Shown piece after piece: positions 1 through 11,054 of a stretch of 33,415 nucleotides of DNA. The position numbers and the translations under genes are program-made. Location of the stretch: NCBI GenBank assembly GCA_002269645.1, contig NIVC01000961.1:1-33415 (forward strand), written 5' to 3'. Under the pieces are notes generated by a model. It worked only from the letters and a program-made list of their open reading frames with translations. It was not told the origin of the DNA and searched no databases. The first letter of the stretch is position 1. Each line of letters opens with the position of its first letter. The DNA comes from Macrostomum lignano (lineage: Eukaryota).

Positions 1-1067
1 TTTAGTTTTTAAATAGGCATTTTAATAGGCATTAGGTTATGCTGTAATGTAATTCGTTGAAACGAAATATTTTAAACGCTGTGGTAACGCTTATAGTAAT
101 TGCTAGAGTTGATTTTTACTATTTTAGACATTTTTCTTGGTTATTTTTCGTTTTTTACTTGTATTTTGTATTTTATTTTTTGGTACTGGTTCTGGTACTG
201 GGAGTATAGACGTCTTAGAATTGAATACTATTCATTAAATTCTATTGAATACTATTCATTGAATACTAATTCCTTAAATTACATTAATTAAGGATTAAAA
301 AAATTACTGGCTAATTCTAAGATACGAAGTTACAGACTTAAGATGTCCATGCATAACACTAAATTGTGAAATCCGCATCACATCCTTCCAAAAAATTCTG
401 GTGCGCTTTTCACACCCTGAGTCAAATTTCAGGGTGCAATTTTTAAGACCAGGATGCTATTTGCATCCATTCACACAAAAAACCCAGCAATAGGCTAGAC
501 CTAAATTGAATTGAATAGAATGACTCAGTTTAATTGTCACTGCGGCACTGCCATAGTCAGATTCCAAAGACAAAGTTTATACACTTGGAAAAACTGAGGT
601 ATTTGCAATTGGGTACAAGAATTGACTATGGCAGATTGCAAGCACTTGTTGCTTGGCACTAATGCACTGAACGTCTTTAGGCCTAGCCAAATAGATAGAA
701 AAAATGAAGATGTCAATAATAGCAAGCTAGTCCAACATAGGCCTAGGAAATGGTTGGGCAAAGTAACAGTTTGAGGCAATCAAAAACAGAAGATGTTGCA
801 TCCTTGAGTAGATTCAATAGATATTGCTGTCATTGACAAAAGCAGTTGCTTCATTTGTGGTTAATTTTGTCTATCCTTCTAGTTTGCAGCTGACTTTGGT
901 AGGAGTCTGAGCATTTGTAAGCAATGATAAGGCTACTTGTTCTTGTTTGGTTACGAAATAAAAAAAATTTTGTCCAATCTATCTGAATATTCTATTAGAG
1001 AAGGGTGTACACAAAAGAGAAATGCAGTATATACCCATAGTTGATATGCTTGTAGCTATCCTACAAC

Positions 1068-1362
1068 CCTATTGCAGCGCATGGCTTAAGTACGCCAGAC
1101 GCCTACACAACCTGTGCACGCTGTGAAATGACTTACCTGTGAAAGAAACCCTAAAGCAAAATTAGTGCAGTTTTGGGTAAACGGCAAGAGTAACTATGAC
1201 TGTCTTATCAAGCCTAAATGCCTCGGCATCTAATTAGTACTATGTCCATATTCTATGGGGTGGCATTTTTGCGACTTACCCCTGGTCCACCACCAATGCT
1301 GCACCGTGCAGGCTGATCCGCGCCGGACGCCGTCCGCCAAAATGCCATGCGCTGCAATCAGG
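1068..1362. mobile_element. Non-autonomous DNA transposon (MITE), 295 bp, 9-bp target-site duplication
   Basis: Left end CCTATTGCAGCGCATGGC (1068-1085) versus the reverse complement of the right end, CCTGATTGCAGCGCATGGC (1344-1362), differing by one indel. Direct repeat TCCTACAAC flanks both ends (1059-1067, 1363-1371). No ORF. Confidence 0.8.
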
Positions 1363-2399
1363 TCCTACAACAACTAAACTTTTAGACAATAAGTTGATAA
1401 GATAAAGCATACAATACTAATGCAATAGTTCAGTTTGTTCAAAGTCTGCTTCTTCTCTACTGCTAGCCAACATGTCTTCTATAGCTAATAGTCAATAAAA
1501 GAGCTGACTTACCCAACTGAGTCATTAGCTATTAGCATGGCTAGCACGTTGAACAATGAGCTCTTCCTTTTTGGAAAGAAGCTTTCATCTGGCCTATAGC
1601 CAGGAGTCTGAAATAAAGAATGTGGAAGGGCAATAACTATCACATTCAACAGTATAATACACAAATTTTGAGATCAATAATATCTTAGTAAATAAATAAA
1701 ATTAGTACCTAACTATGTGCATACTAATAATAAAATTAATGATTATAATATGATCATTGTCTATTCACTTACTGGGATTTAGGTGCAGATGGTGCATTCC
1801 AATTATGTGTGCAATGAGAATATGCCCAAATGGTCTTAGAAATGAAAAAAATCTGCTCACAGATCTCACATCAATGATGCCCATTCCAGATGCAATGTAG
1901 ATAGAGTTGTTCAACTGAGATAAAAACAAAATTTCTGCTAAATGGTCTCTATGATATAGGGTATTGCTATATGTATTTGTATATACAGTTGCAATAAGCA
2001 TGAAGATAATAATTTACACATTGCAGTTATCATGCAATAAGTGTTTGTGGCAGGCTAACTGTCCTTATAAAATAAACAATAGGAGTACCAACAGGGATTC
2101 ATCCTTTTGGAATGTTAAAGCTAGGCTGTTTTTCTAAGCCTTGACTAAGTAATGCAGACATACAAAATTCAATAATAGAACTTTCTATTGTGCACTTTAT
2201 AAAAAACCATGTTGCAACCATCCAGGCTGTTGACATATTTCATGATTCTGACAAGGTCAAAGGGGCTAAAGGACTTGATATACCTACTGTTAAACATTTA
2301 AAGGAAATCCCATGCATGGTTAATACTATTTACCCAACATTTTGACTCATGGCCATAGCCATGAAAAATGGGCACTGCTAGATTAGCCTTCACTTGGTT

Positions 2400-2560
2400 G
2401 CCCAGCTTGTATACAACATTGTAGACAAAGGTAACAGACTCTTCTGGAACTCCAATATGCTGAACCCCCGATTGGAGAAGAGTCTTTGGGTAGATGAGAC
2501 TGAAATGTGACAGGGATGGTATTGAGACATTGTATCAAAATATCTCAACTCTTAAACCAG
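2400..2560 (-). pseudogene. Possible decayed hAT-transposase dimerisation-domain relic
   Basis: Minus strand reads CLNTIPVT then, after a frameshift, SVSSTQRLFSNRGFSIL, resembling the hAT motif iPaTSvsSERlFS. Stops and frameshifts present. By-eye match only. Confidence 0.3.
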
Positions 2561-3733
2561 AGCCTTTCTGTTAGTCTATTAAAGGTTCAGTTAATTTTTA
2601 TACTTAAAATTCCTAGGAATGCAAATGTCAGAGCATGCCAAATGAAGCTGTGATGACAGGCAATAATGAAAGAGCTTGCCTGCCATCTAATTAAAGCAAG
2701 CGCCACAGGTAGGCGCGATCTCTAATGAGATATCGATGTGTGAAAATTGAAATGGCAGGCTAGGCTTGGCAATCAAACCAGAAGCAACGGAGGCTCTTCA
2801 CCTCTAGCCCATTAGAGCGTCTCTGTAGGTTGGTCAGTCTCATTGCTCTTGTGCAGTTATGCTTCTTGCCATGGCCAATCTCTAATTGACAGAAAGAGCT
2901 AATGAGCTGTGGTTATGCTGCATCAGTTGCTGATAGTGGATGTTCTCAAGATCAATCTAGACAAAATTCAGCAGCGCCAGTACTATAATTGATAATGGAA
3001 GTGTCACCTTGCTGTTGTTCTTTGATCTGCTAAGTTTGCACAGTTGCAAGAGCAATATGGGTTATTTCTCATTGATGGGGGTAGACTGCAGGCCAGCTAC
3101 CATCTGCTCCTAGTGATGAAATGATGCTTAATTAAGGATTATAATCCTTAGCACAAAAATTGGCTACCAAACAAATTTAGTACAAGGCTTTCTACAAAGC
3201 AGACAGACTTTTTCTGCACTCTACATGTGATTTTTTTTCCATTTGGCATATTTCTAAAATTGGCTAGATTGGTAGCCACTGACACAAGTAGAATGCAAGA
3301 ATCAAAATAATTTGGCCCTGACTTGATTGAGTGTTGGTTGCAATATTGAGTTAGCTATAAAAGTAGCAATCAATGTACATCTCTGACAGTCCAAAGCATA
3401 TGTATATAGCACAGTATGAATGTATATCCAAATGCTAATTTCAATCTTAGGTAGACACTGAGTGAGATCTAGAGTACAACAGTTTAATATCCAAGCTCCA
3501 GCATTATGCATAACATATCTATTTTAGCAAAATAATTGCCTGTTTTGGCAAAAATACTTTTTGGCTATTACTATGAACTATGCATAAAATTTTAAGCGAT
3601 TTATAATATTTGTATTTGTACTGGAATGGGTAGAAATAAACAAGACTAAGATATTCAATATAACTCAAGGGATGGGACTAAATCGTTAGCTGCATTCTGT
3701 TTATTGATTAAATTATTGCATGCCAGCACCAGT

Positions 3734-5885
3734 ATGCTGCGCCGGCAGAACCGACTCAGGCGTGAGTTCGTCTACAAGAAGAGCATTGAACAGCGGGACC
3801 AGCAGATTGCCGAGAGGAAACAGAAGCTGCGAGAGACTCTGGCGGCTGGTGGCAGCTCCCAGCTTCCTGACGCCATGAAGCGGCAGGCCCTGCGCCTGCA
3901 TCGGTGAGTTAATGACTCAATTTTGTAATTTAAATACATTCCCGTATTTGGCTTATCAACTGAACTTGAACACCGTCACCAATCTGCTGCACACTCGCTA
4001 AACACACCGTCACCAATCTGCTGCACACTCGCTAAACACACCGTCACCAATCTGCTGCACACTCGCTAAACACACCGTCACCAATCTGCTGCACACTCGC
4101 TAAACACACCGTCACCAATCTGCTGCACACTCGCTAAACACACCGTCACCAATCTGCTGCACACTCGCTAAACACACCGTCACCAATCTGCTGCACACTC
4201 GCTAAACACACCGTCACCAATCTGCTGCACACTCGCTAAACACACCGTCACCAATCTGCTGCCACTCGCTAAACACACCGTCACCAATCTGCTGCACACT
4301 CGCTAAACACACCGTCACCAATCTGCTGCACACTCGCTAAACACACCGTCACCAATCTGCTGCACACTCGCTAAACACACCGTCACCAATCTGCTGCCAC
4401 TCGCTAAACACACCGTCACCAATTTGCAGCCACCTGGACTGGGACGGAGCAGGCGGCGAAGACGCGGACCCGGACCTGGAGCAGAGCAGCCAAGATGACG
4501 AGTACCGCTGGGCCGGCGTAGAAGACCCCAAGCTGGTGCTGACAACGTCGCGCGATCCCAGCTCCAAGTTGAAGCAGTTCGCCAAAGAGCTGCGCTTCCT
4601 ATTCCCAAACTGTCAGCGAGTCAATCGGGGCAATTATCAAACTGCCGATCTGGTCAAAGCCTGCAAAGCCAACGCTGTCACGGATTTGCTGTTGGTTAGC
4701 GAGACACGCGGCGTCCCAGACGGTCTGATTGTGTCCCATCTACCGTTCGGTAAGCGCAAGTCTTGTGCTTCATTTTCCTATTTAAGACGATCCCGATCCC
4801 GGCCCAGCCCAAAAAAGGTCCCAAGATCACTTGCATCGCCCCAGACTCGTAAGTAAAATAGCAGAAAAGTAGTGACTCTCAAGATGTTAAAACGAGATGT
4901 CACAGTACAAAGAGTCGTCTAAGGACCTTTTTAAAGCGTTTTACTGTCGGAGACTCTGAAACGACTCTGGGGCCGTAGAGTCGCATCTTCGGCGTTTTAG
5001 TGGCACTCTTCCGTCGCTAAAAAGTTGCAGAAAAAGCGCTTTAGCGTCACTTTAGAATCGCTTGCACGTCACTTCTGAGACGCTCTGGACGCGTTTCAGT
5101 CAGAGTTACAGCCTACTCAGTGTAGCCTACTGAGTTACGAGTAGTAGAAAGTTAGGCGCCAACATATCGTTTCTTGGACAATTCTTTTGCGGCTCTTACG
5201 ATTTTACAACTTGCGTGACGTGATTGTGACGCAACAGTCGCCTCTCCGCCGCATTAAGCACGTTTGAGTCGTTAAAAAGTCACAAGAGTCGCACAAAAGT
5301 CCATAGACTGATGGTTAGACTTTTTAACAATTCTTGTCCCGATATGGTTTGGGATCCAATATCATTGAGTTCCATTGTTTCCCCGACTGTTAAGTTTTTT
5401 GAGCCAGTGATAATTGAAAAATGCAACAATTCATGCTCTGATCTGTGTTGCCCAATTGCACAGGCCCCACAGCGTTCTTCTCGCTGCACAATGTTCTCAT
5501 GCGTCACGACATGCCCGGGGTGGGCCACCAGCCGCAGGAGCTGCCCCAGCTGGTCATGCACGGCTTTGGCAGTAAGCTGGCCCAACGACTGGCCTCAATT
5601 CTCAAGCACCTGTTCCCGGTGCCCAAGCCCGACTCGCGCCGGGTCTGCTCTTTCACGATTGTTCAGCACGACTATGTAAGCTTCAGGCAGTACAGCTATA
5701 AGACCGTTTCTGGTCAACCTGAGCTCACTGAGCACGGTCCAAGGATGGAGCTGCAGTTGTACCGTATCGTCCAAGGACCGCTAGACGAGGTGGACACAGC
5801 TGAGACCGAGTTCGTTGCTAGGCCTTACATGAATACAGCTAAGAAGAGGCGCCTCATGGCGGCGGCTGAAGAGGCAGCTGCCTGA
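3734..5885 (+). CDS. IMP4: U3 snoRNP protein IMP4 (Brix-domain ribosome biogenesis factor), 3 exons
   Basis: Exons 3734-3903, 4430-4749 and 5464-5885 with GT-AG introns in compatible phases. The joined translation contains [77 protein letters not shown] and GPRMELQLY, collinear with IMP4. AATAAA at 5952-5957. Confidence 0.96.
3971..4423 (+). repeat. 34-bp minisatellite, 13 units plus a partial unit, in IMP4 intron 1
   Basis: Unit CACCGTCACCAATCTGCTGCACACTCGCTAAACA starts at 3971, 4005 ... 4378. Two units are 33 bp. The partial unit at 4411 runs into the acceptor TTGCAG (4424-4429). Confidence 0.98.
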
Positions 5886-6767
5886 TTTAAGACTCCCTGA
5901 TTCGCTGACATTCTTAGCTTATTGTCTTGGTTTCAATGCGCTTTTGCAGTCAATAAACGATTGTTTTTAAATAATGATGACAGCATTTTGTTTGATTGCC
6001 TTCATCTCTCTTTCTTAATTAAAATGTTCATGATACAGCCTTGTTTTTTATTATCATTTTGTGCTTTTAAGCTGTTTTTAGGGTCAGTGCGGTAGTGGCT
6101 CACCAAAGGGTTGTCAATGAGGTCATCTTGATAAGCAAACTGGATGTACTCCGTCCGGCTCCGTCCTAAACGCAGCTCCGTTCCTGCCGACATGGTCAGC
6201 TGGGCTGGCCATAGACTATAGCTAGAATCTTAATGCGCCTCTGTGCAAAGCCTTTCTAGCCGAGAAGGGAGCATTTTATACTACTCGGCTTGGACAGATC
6301 TAGCTAGGGTCGAAAAAAGCAGTTTCAAAGTGCATTTCACTTAATGCTCACTATCTAGATTATGCAGTGTGTACACTCGATATCTAGCAATAGACACTAC
6401 AGTTCACTTTAAAATCTGCAAACAGGCCTTTTTGAAATAGAACGCACTGCACTTCCTTAATACGAGTAGTGCATCATTTTATTGAAAAGTAAATCAGCTA
6501 CAACCATGAAAATTTTGCATACATCGGATTATGAGACTGGCGATGTCATCACAGAGAATGCTGAAACCGAGTCGCTGCATTCCATTGCAGATAAGTATGA
6601 CTTTTTTCACGCATTTTTCGTATGACCAGCGCTGCTGATCATGCTCGGCAGGAGCGGCTACTGTGCAGCTCATAACTTTTCTTTTACCATAGACTCCAAA
6701 AAATTACCATCAGTAAAGGTTGTTGGTCCATGGTCAGCTCTGCTGACTATCCGGCAGCTTACCACGT

Positions 6768-7717
6768 AGCATCCCATGCAGCAGTCTTGCAATCAGAAGC
6801 CAGTCACAGTCCACCACATAGCATCCCATGCAGCAGTCTTGCAATCAGAAGCCAGTCACAGTCCACCACATAGCATCCCATGCAGCAGTCTTGCAATCAG
6901 AAGCCAGTCACAGTCCACCACATAGCATCCCATGCAGCAGTCTTGCAATCAGAAGTCAGTCACAGTCCACCACATAGCATCCCATGCAGCAGTCTTGCAA
7001 TCAGAAGCCAGTCACAGTCCACCACGTAGCATCCCATGCAGCAGTCTTGCAATCAGAAGCCAGTCAGTCACAGTCCACCACGTAGCATCCCATGCAGCAG
7101 TCTTGCAATCAGAAGCCAGTCACAGTCCACCACGTAGCATCCCATGCAGCAGTCTTGCAATCAGAAGCCAGTCACAGTCCACCACGTAGCATCCCATGCA
7201 GCAGTCTTGCAATCAGAAGCCAGTCACAGTCCACCACATAGCATCCCATGCAGCAGTCTTGCAATCAGAAGACAGTCACAGTCCACCACATAGCATCCCA
7301 CGCAGCAGTCTTGCAATCGGTAGCCAGCCAGTCACAGTCCACCACAGCATCCCATGCAGCAGTCTTGCAATCGGTAGCCAGCCAGTCACAGTCCACCACA
7401 TAGCATCCCATGCAGCAGTCTTGCAATCGGTAGCCAGCCAGTCACAGTCCACCACATAGCATCCCATGCAGCAGTCTTGCAATCGGTAGCCAGCCAGTCA
7501 CAGTCCACCACATAGCATCCCATGCAGCAGTCTTGCAATCGGTAGCCAGCCAGTCACAGTCCACCACAGCATCCCATGCAGCAGTCTTGCAATCGGTAGC
7601 CAGCCAGTCACAGTCCACCACATAGCATCCCATGCAGCAGTCTTGCAATCGGTAGCCAGTCAGTCACAGTCCACCACATAGCATCCCATGCAGCAGTCTT
7701 GCAATCGGTAGCCAGTC
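6768..7717 (+). repeat. 52/56-bp minisatellite, 18 units, ending just upstream of the FMO start codon
   Basis: Unit AGCATCCCATGCAGCAGTCTTGCAATCAGAAGCCAGTCACAGTCCACCACAT in the 5' part. The 3' eight units carry CAATCGGTAGCC and are 54-56 bp. Confidence 0.98.
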
Positions 7718-7735
7718 AAAGTCTGAAACTCAAAC

Positions 7736-9808
7736 ATGCAGCAGTCGCAACAGCAGCCCAAGTCGGTTGCCATCATTGGCGCCGGAGTCTCAGGCCTGGC
7801 GGCGGCAGCCAGTGCCTTGCGCGAGGGCCTGGCGCCAACCGTGTTCGACTCGGCGCCAGGCCTAGGCGGCATGTGGGACCCCGACCTGCGGCCTTGTTGG
7901 CAGTCGATGCGAGTCAACGTGTCCAAGTTCAGCACGGTGCTGTCTGATTATCCATGGCCGCGAGAGGCGCCACTGTTCCTTAGTCAGGTGATTGTATATA
8001 TTTAATACGCCATGTATATCACGGCAGTTTAAGCAGGAGCCAAGGTGTGGTTTGAGCTTACGTCGTTGCCCAAAATGTTCCCCATTAGAGTCAAGTACAA
8101 AAAAGCGCTGTATTTTAACCAAACAGCGTACTTATTTAATAAAATGATTCACCAAATCAGTGTCTAAAAGTTCGGGGTCGGGTCGGGTTTTGGTACCGTG
8201 TTCGGGTTTGAAAAAATGTTCGGGTCGGGGTTTGGGGTTAACCGTCCCGAACACCCCTACTTTTGAGTTGGAACTAAAAAAGGTTTAGCATGGCTTTGTT
8301 TTAACCATTCTATCGCTACCTAGGCACACGTGTTTCTCCATCTCAATTCTAGAGACAATTATTTAAGTAGTTACGAGTATCGTGCTTCGATTGCGTTGTT
8401 TTGCAATCGGTTGTTTTATAACGCAATCCTGTTGGCAGTCGATGCTTGACTTACCAAGAACTCCGCTCCGAATTCCTTAGTTATTACACTTCTGACAGCA
8501 AAGTTTATGCACTTCGTATCATTACGCACTTCGCAGGCTTCGGTGCACGCGTACTTAAGAGAGTACGCCCGAACTCGAATCCCGGCCGACGTTATGCGGT
8601 TTGGAGTTCGCGTCGTCCGGGTTGAGCGCAACCCGAACGGCTCCGGCTGGTTGTTGCAGACGACAGCCGCAGGCGATGCTTCTGCAACCACCCGCCTGTT
8701 CGATTTCGTCATCGTGGCGTCGGGCTTCTTTGCCGAGCCGTCGCTGCCGGCTGGCCTGGAGCAGCGGCTTCATCAAGCTGGGGATGGCCTCGTCAAGGGC
8801 GTCCTGCACAGCAGCCAGTACCGCGGCAACTTCCAGGTGGCCAATCGTCGAGTTGTAGTTGTTGGCAGCTCGCTGAGCGCGTCTGAGATCGCCGCGGACG
8901 CGGCTCTGACAGCTAGCGAGCTGGTGCACATCGCGCCGCACGGATTCTGGGCGTTGCCGCGCATCATCGTGGCTCAAGCCAGCGACAGCTGCCCCGCTGC
9001 ACCAGATTTTGTGCCGCTTGATGTGGCGTTCTACCGGGCTGTTGAGAGGGAAACCATTGGCGAAGTCGTGAGTACAAAGCGATGAAAATTGAAAGTACAG
9101 TATACATGTAAGCATTAGACCAAGACAAACCTACTTACACTTGGTACTGAATATTAAGAAATTAGTTACCGCATAACCTGTTGTTATTCATCGTTATTAG
9201 CACGTAGTGCATCTTTTCGCGATCATTTTTCAACCTGTATAAGGGTTGGAAGTCTGAAAAGAAAACTATAGAGCTCCAGATCAGCCTGAGTACAAGAATA
9301 AGTGTAGTATTCTGACTTGGTCTAAACCAAGCATATAATGTACAATAGTTAGACAGCCAAACGTCCACGGGCGAATTTCGTAGACCCTTAAAGTCGCTTG
9401 CAAGTCACAAGGGCAAATGAAATTTGCATCTTCAGAAAATCCGCACCCCGGGGAACTGGGCCAAGATGTCGGCTTTCTTCGAGTCCGTCTGCGGTGACCG
9501 GCGTCAGCTGTGCTGCGGGTCCGTCACTGCCGACTCGCCCCAGTGGATTACCATCTCGGATCTGTACCACCAGCTGCTGGCCGCCGGCAAGATTCGACTC
9601 GTCTTCGGCCGAGTCGCTAGCCTGAGCTCTGACCGCCTGCGGCTGTTGAACTCCAGCGAGCCAATCGAGCTCGGGCCCGATGATGTCGTCATCCTGTGCA
9701 GCGGCTACCGGCCTCGACTGGACTTTTTGGCGCCTGACGTCCTGGCCGAGCTGCTACAGGCCAACCAAGGCCAAGGTGACTAACTGACTAACTAGCTACT
9801 GTAACTAT

Positions 9809-9906
<98 letters not shown>

Positions 9907-10298
9907 GACTAACTAACTGACTAACTAACTAAGTAACTATCTAACTAACTAACTAACTAACTAACTACTAACTAGGTAAATACTTTGGCTCAGACCTTGT
10001 CGCAACTCTTCAGACGATCGTCAATTAAATGACACCTTCTGCCCGCTGCTGCTGCACCAGTGCATTCTGCACCCGAACTTGCCGGGCCTCGCCTTCGTCG
10101 GGATGTACCGCGGTCCCTTCTGGTCAGTCATCGAACTGCAGGCCCGTCGCGTGGCCGCAGTCTTTTCCGGTTCGGAGCCAGCCCCCAGCCAGGCCGAGAT
10201 GGCCGCTGGGGTGGCCTCGGAGCTGCTGGTTCGGGACCAGCGGCCCAGACCGCAGTTTCCGCACCCAGATCTGGTGGGGATGTGCAACGATTTGTTTG
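7736..10298 (+). CDS. Flavin-containing monooxygenase (FMO-like, class B flavoprotein), exons 1-4
   Basis: Exons 7736-7987, 8537-9067, 9436-9775 and 10014-10298 join in frame through GT-AG sites. Motifs: FAD site IIGAGVSGLAAA, GLGGMW, FDFVIVASGFF, FMO-type GVLHSSQYR, NADPH site VVVVGSSLSASEIA, VILCSGYRP, LHPNLPGLAFVGMYRGPFWSVIELQAR and QFPHPD. Without further splicing the frame stops at 10324. Confidence 0.9.
9115..9325. mobile_element. Degenerate MITE-like element in FMO intron 2
   Basis: TTAGACCAAG (9115-9124) and CTTGGTCTAA (9316-9325) form a perfect 10-bp inverted pair that extends imperfectly inward for about 35 bp. TA lies at both termini. Confidence 0.45.
9778..9974 (+). repeat. (CTAA)n microsatellite with CTGA variants in FMO intron 3
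   Basis: Directly visible. It begins at the donor GTGACT (9776) and fills most of the 238-bp intron. Confidence 0.98.
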
Positions 10299-11054
10299 GT
10301 GAGCGAGACAGTGGGGCAGCATAGGGTTGATTCGGACTCGAGTCTGAGTATAAGTGAGGCCTGTTCTGAGCAGATAAAGTGCTCCGGATTCGAACCAGAA
10401 AACACCGGGCTCGAGGTCCAGGTGTGGCCGCATTTTTGATGCCTGGGGGAAGTGAGTAACTTTCCGGAGCAACAAAATAGAGCAGAAGCTACTGGTAAAG
10501 AAAACCCAAGTGAACTTGATTCCTTAGAGTCTCGAAATAAACGAATTTTGGAAGGTTCTCGCATTTTACTTGCCTGTAAAGGTGAAGACGACTCAGGCAA
10601 CGAGAAGCATTTGCGGTTGCTATCTAACTTCATTAACGGAAGCTCGGCCACATTACTTTGGAGTTCGTGCGCAGGTTCGCTTTCACAAGCTCGGAATGTC
10701 ACATTGTCGAAGAGACTAACTTCATAAGATCTAAAACCAAAAAATTAATAAACTTGAAAGCGATTAGCCATGAAAATTTCTACTATTGTTTCACACTGGC
10801 CCTACAAACCTGATTTTCATTCGATTTATCAAATTTAGTGAGTCATAAATTAATTTATTTCGCCAAAAACCGCTCCCTGAGCCCATTTGGGCGCACAGAC
10901 TTGATGAGAAACAGAGTTTCACAAAAAAGTAGAGGCCAAAAAGTTTTCGACGATTGGATTGCTTGTGCAACGCCTTGAGATTTTTCTTAAGACTCAAAGC
11001 GAAATTGGCGTTGCGTAACAATTGCCTCCTCCCTGGCTGCAGGCTGAGCGTCCA

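Noticed and set aside
4798-5353. CCC...GGG-ended non-autonomous element with repeated GAGTCG motifs in IMP4 intron 2
   Set aside because: Five GAGTCG/CGACTC motifs are suggestive, but no convincing TIR pair or TSD could be fixed.
6002-6193. 63-aa minus-strand ORF with AYQDD (RT-like)
   Set aside because: Too short, runs into AT-rich sequence, and no other reverse-transcriptase motifs are nearby.
6768-7717. CRISPR-like array
   Set aside because: Units are contiguous near-identical tandem copies with no unique spacers, no cas genes, and a eukaryotic spliced context. The same applies to the arrays at 3971, 24337, 25474 and 26659.
8158-8280. hAT-like MITE fragment rich in TCGGG
   Set aside because: Termini are too degenerate and there is no TSD.
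10374-10459. Nearby alternative last exon for the FMO
   Set aside because: It splices in phase but gives a short peptide with no FMO-like character and has a weak pyrimidine tract. The 17463 exon fits better.
10452-10727. Caspase-like motif (RILLACKG versus QACRG)
   Set aside because: Lacks the Gln, and no catalytic His-Gly motif or other caspase features are visible.
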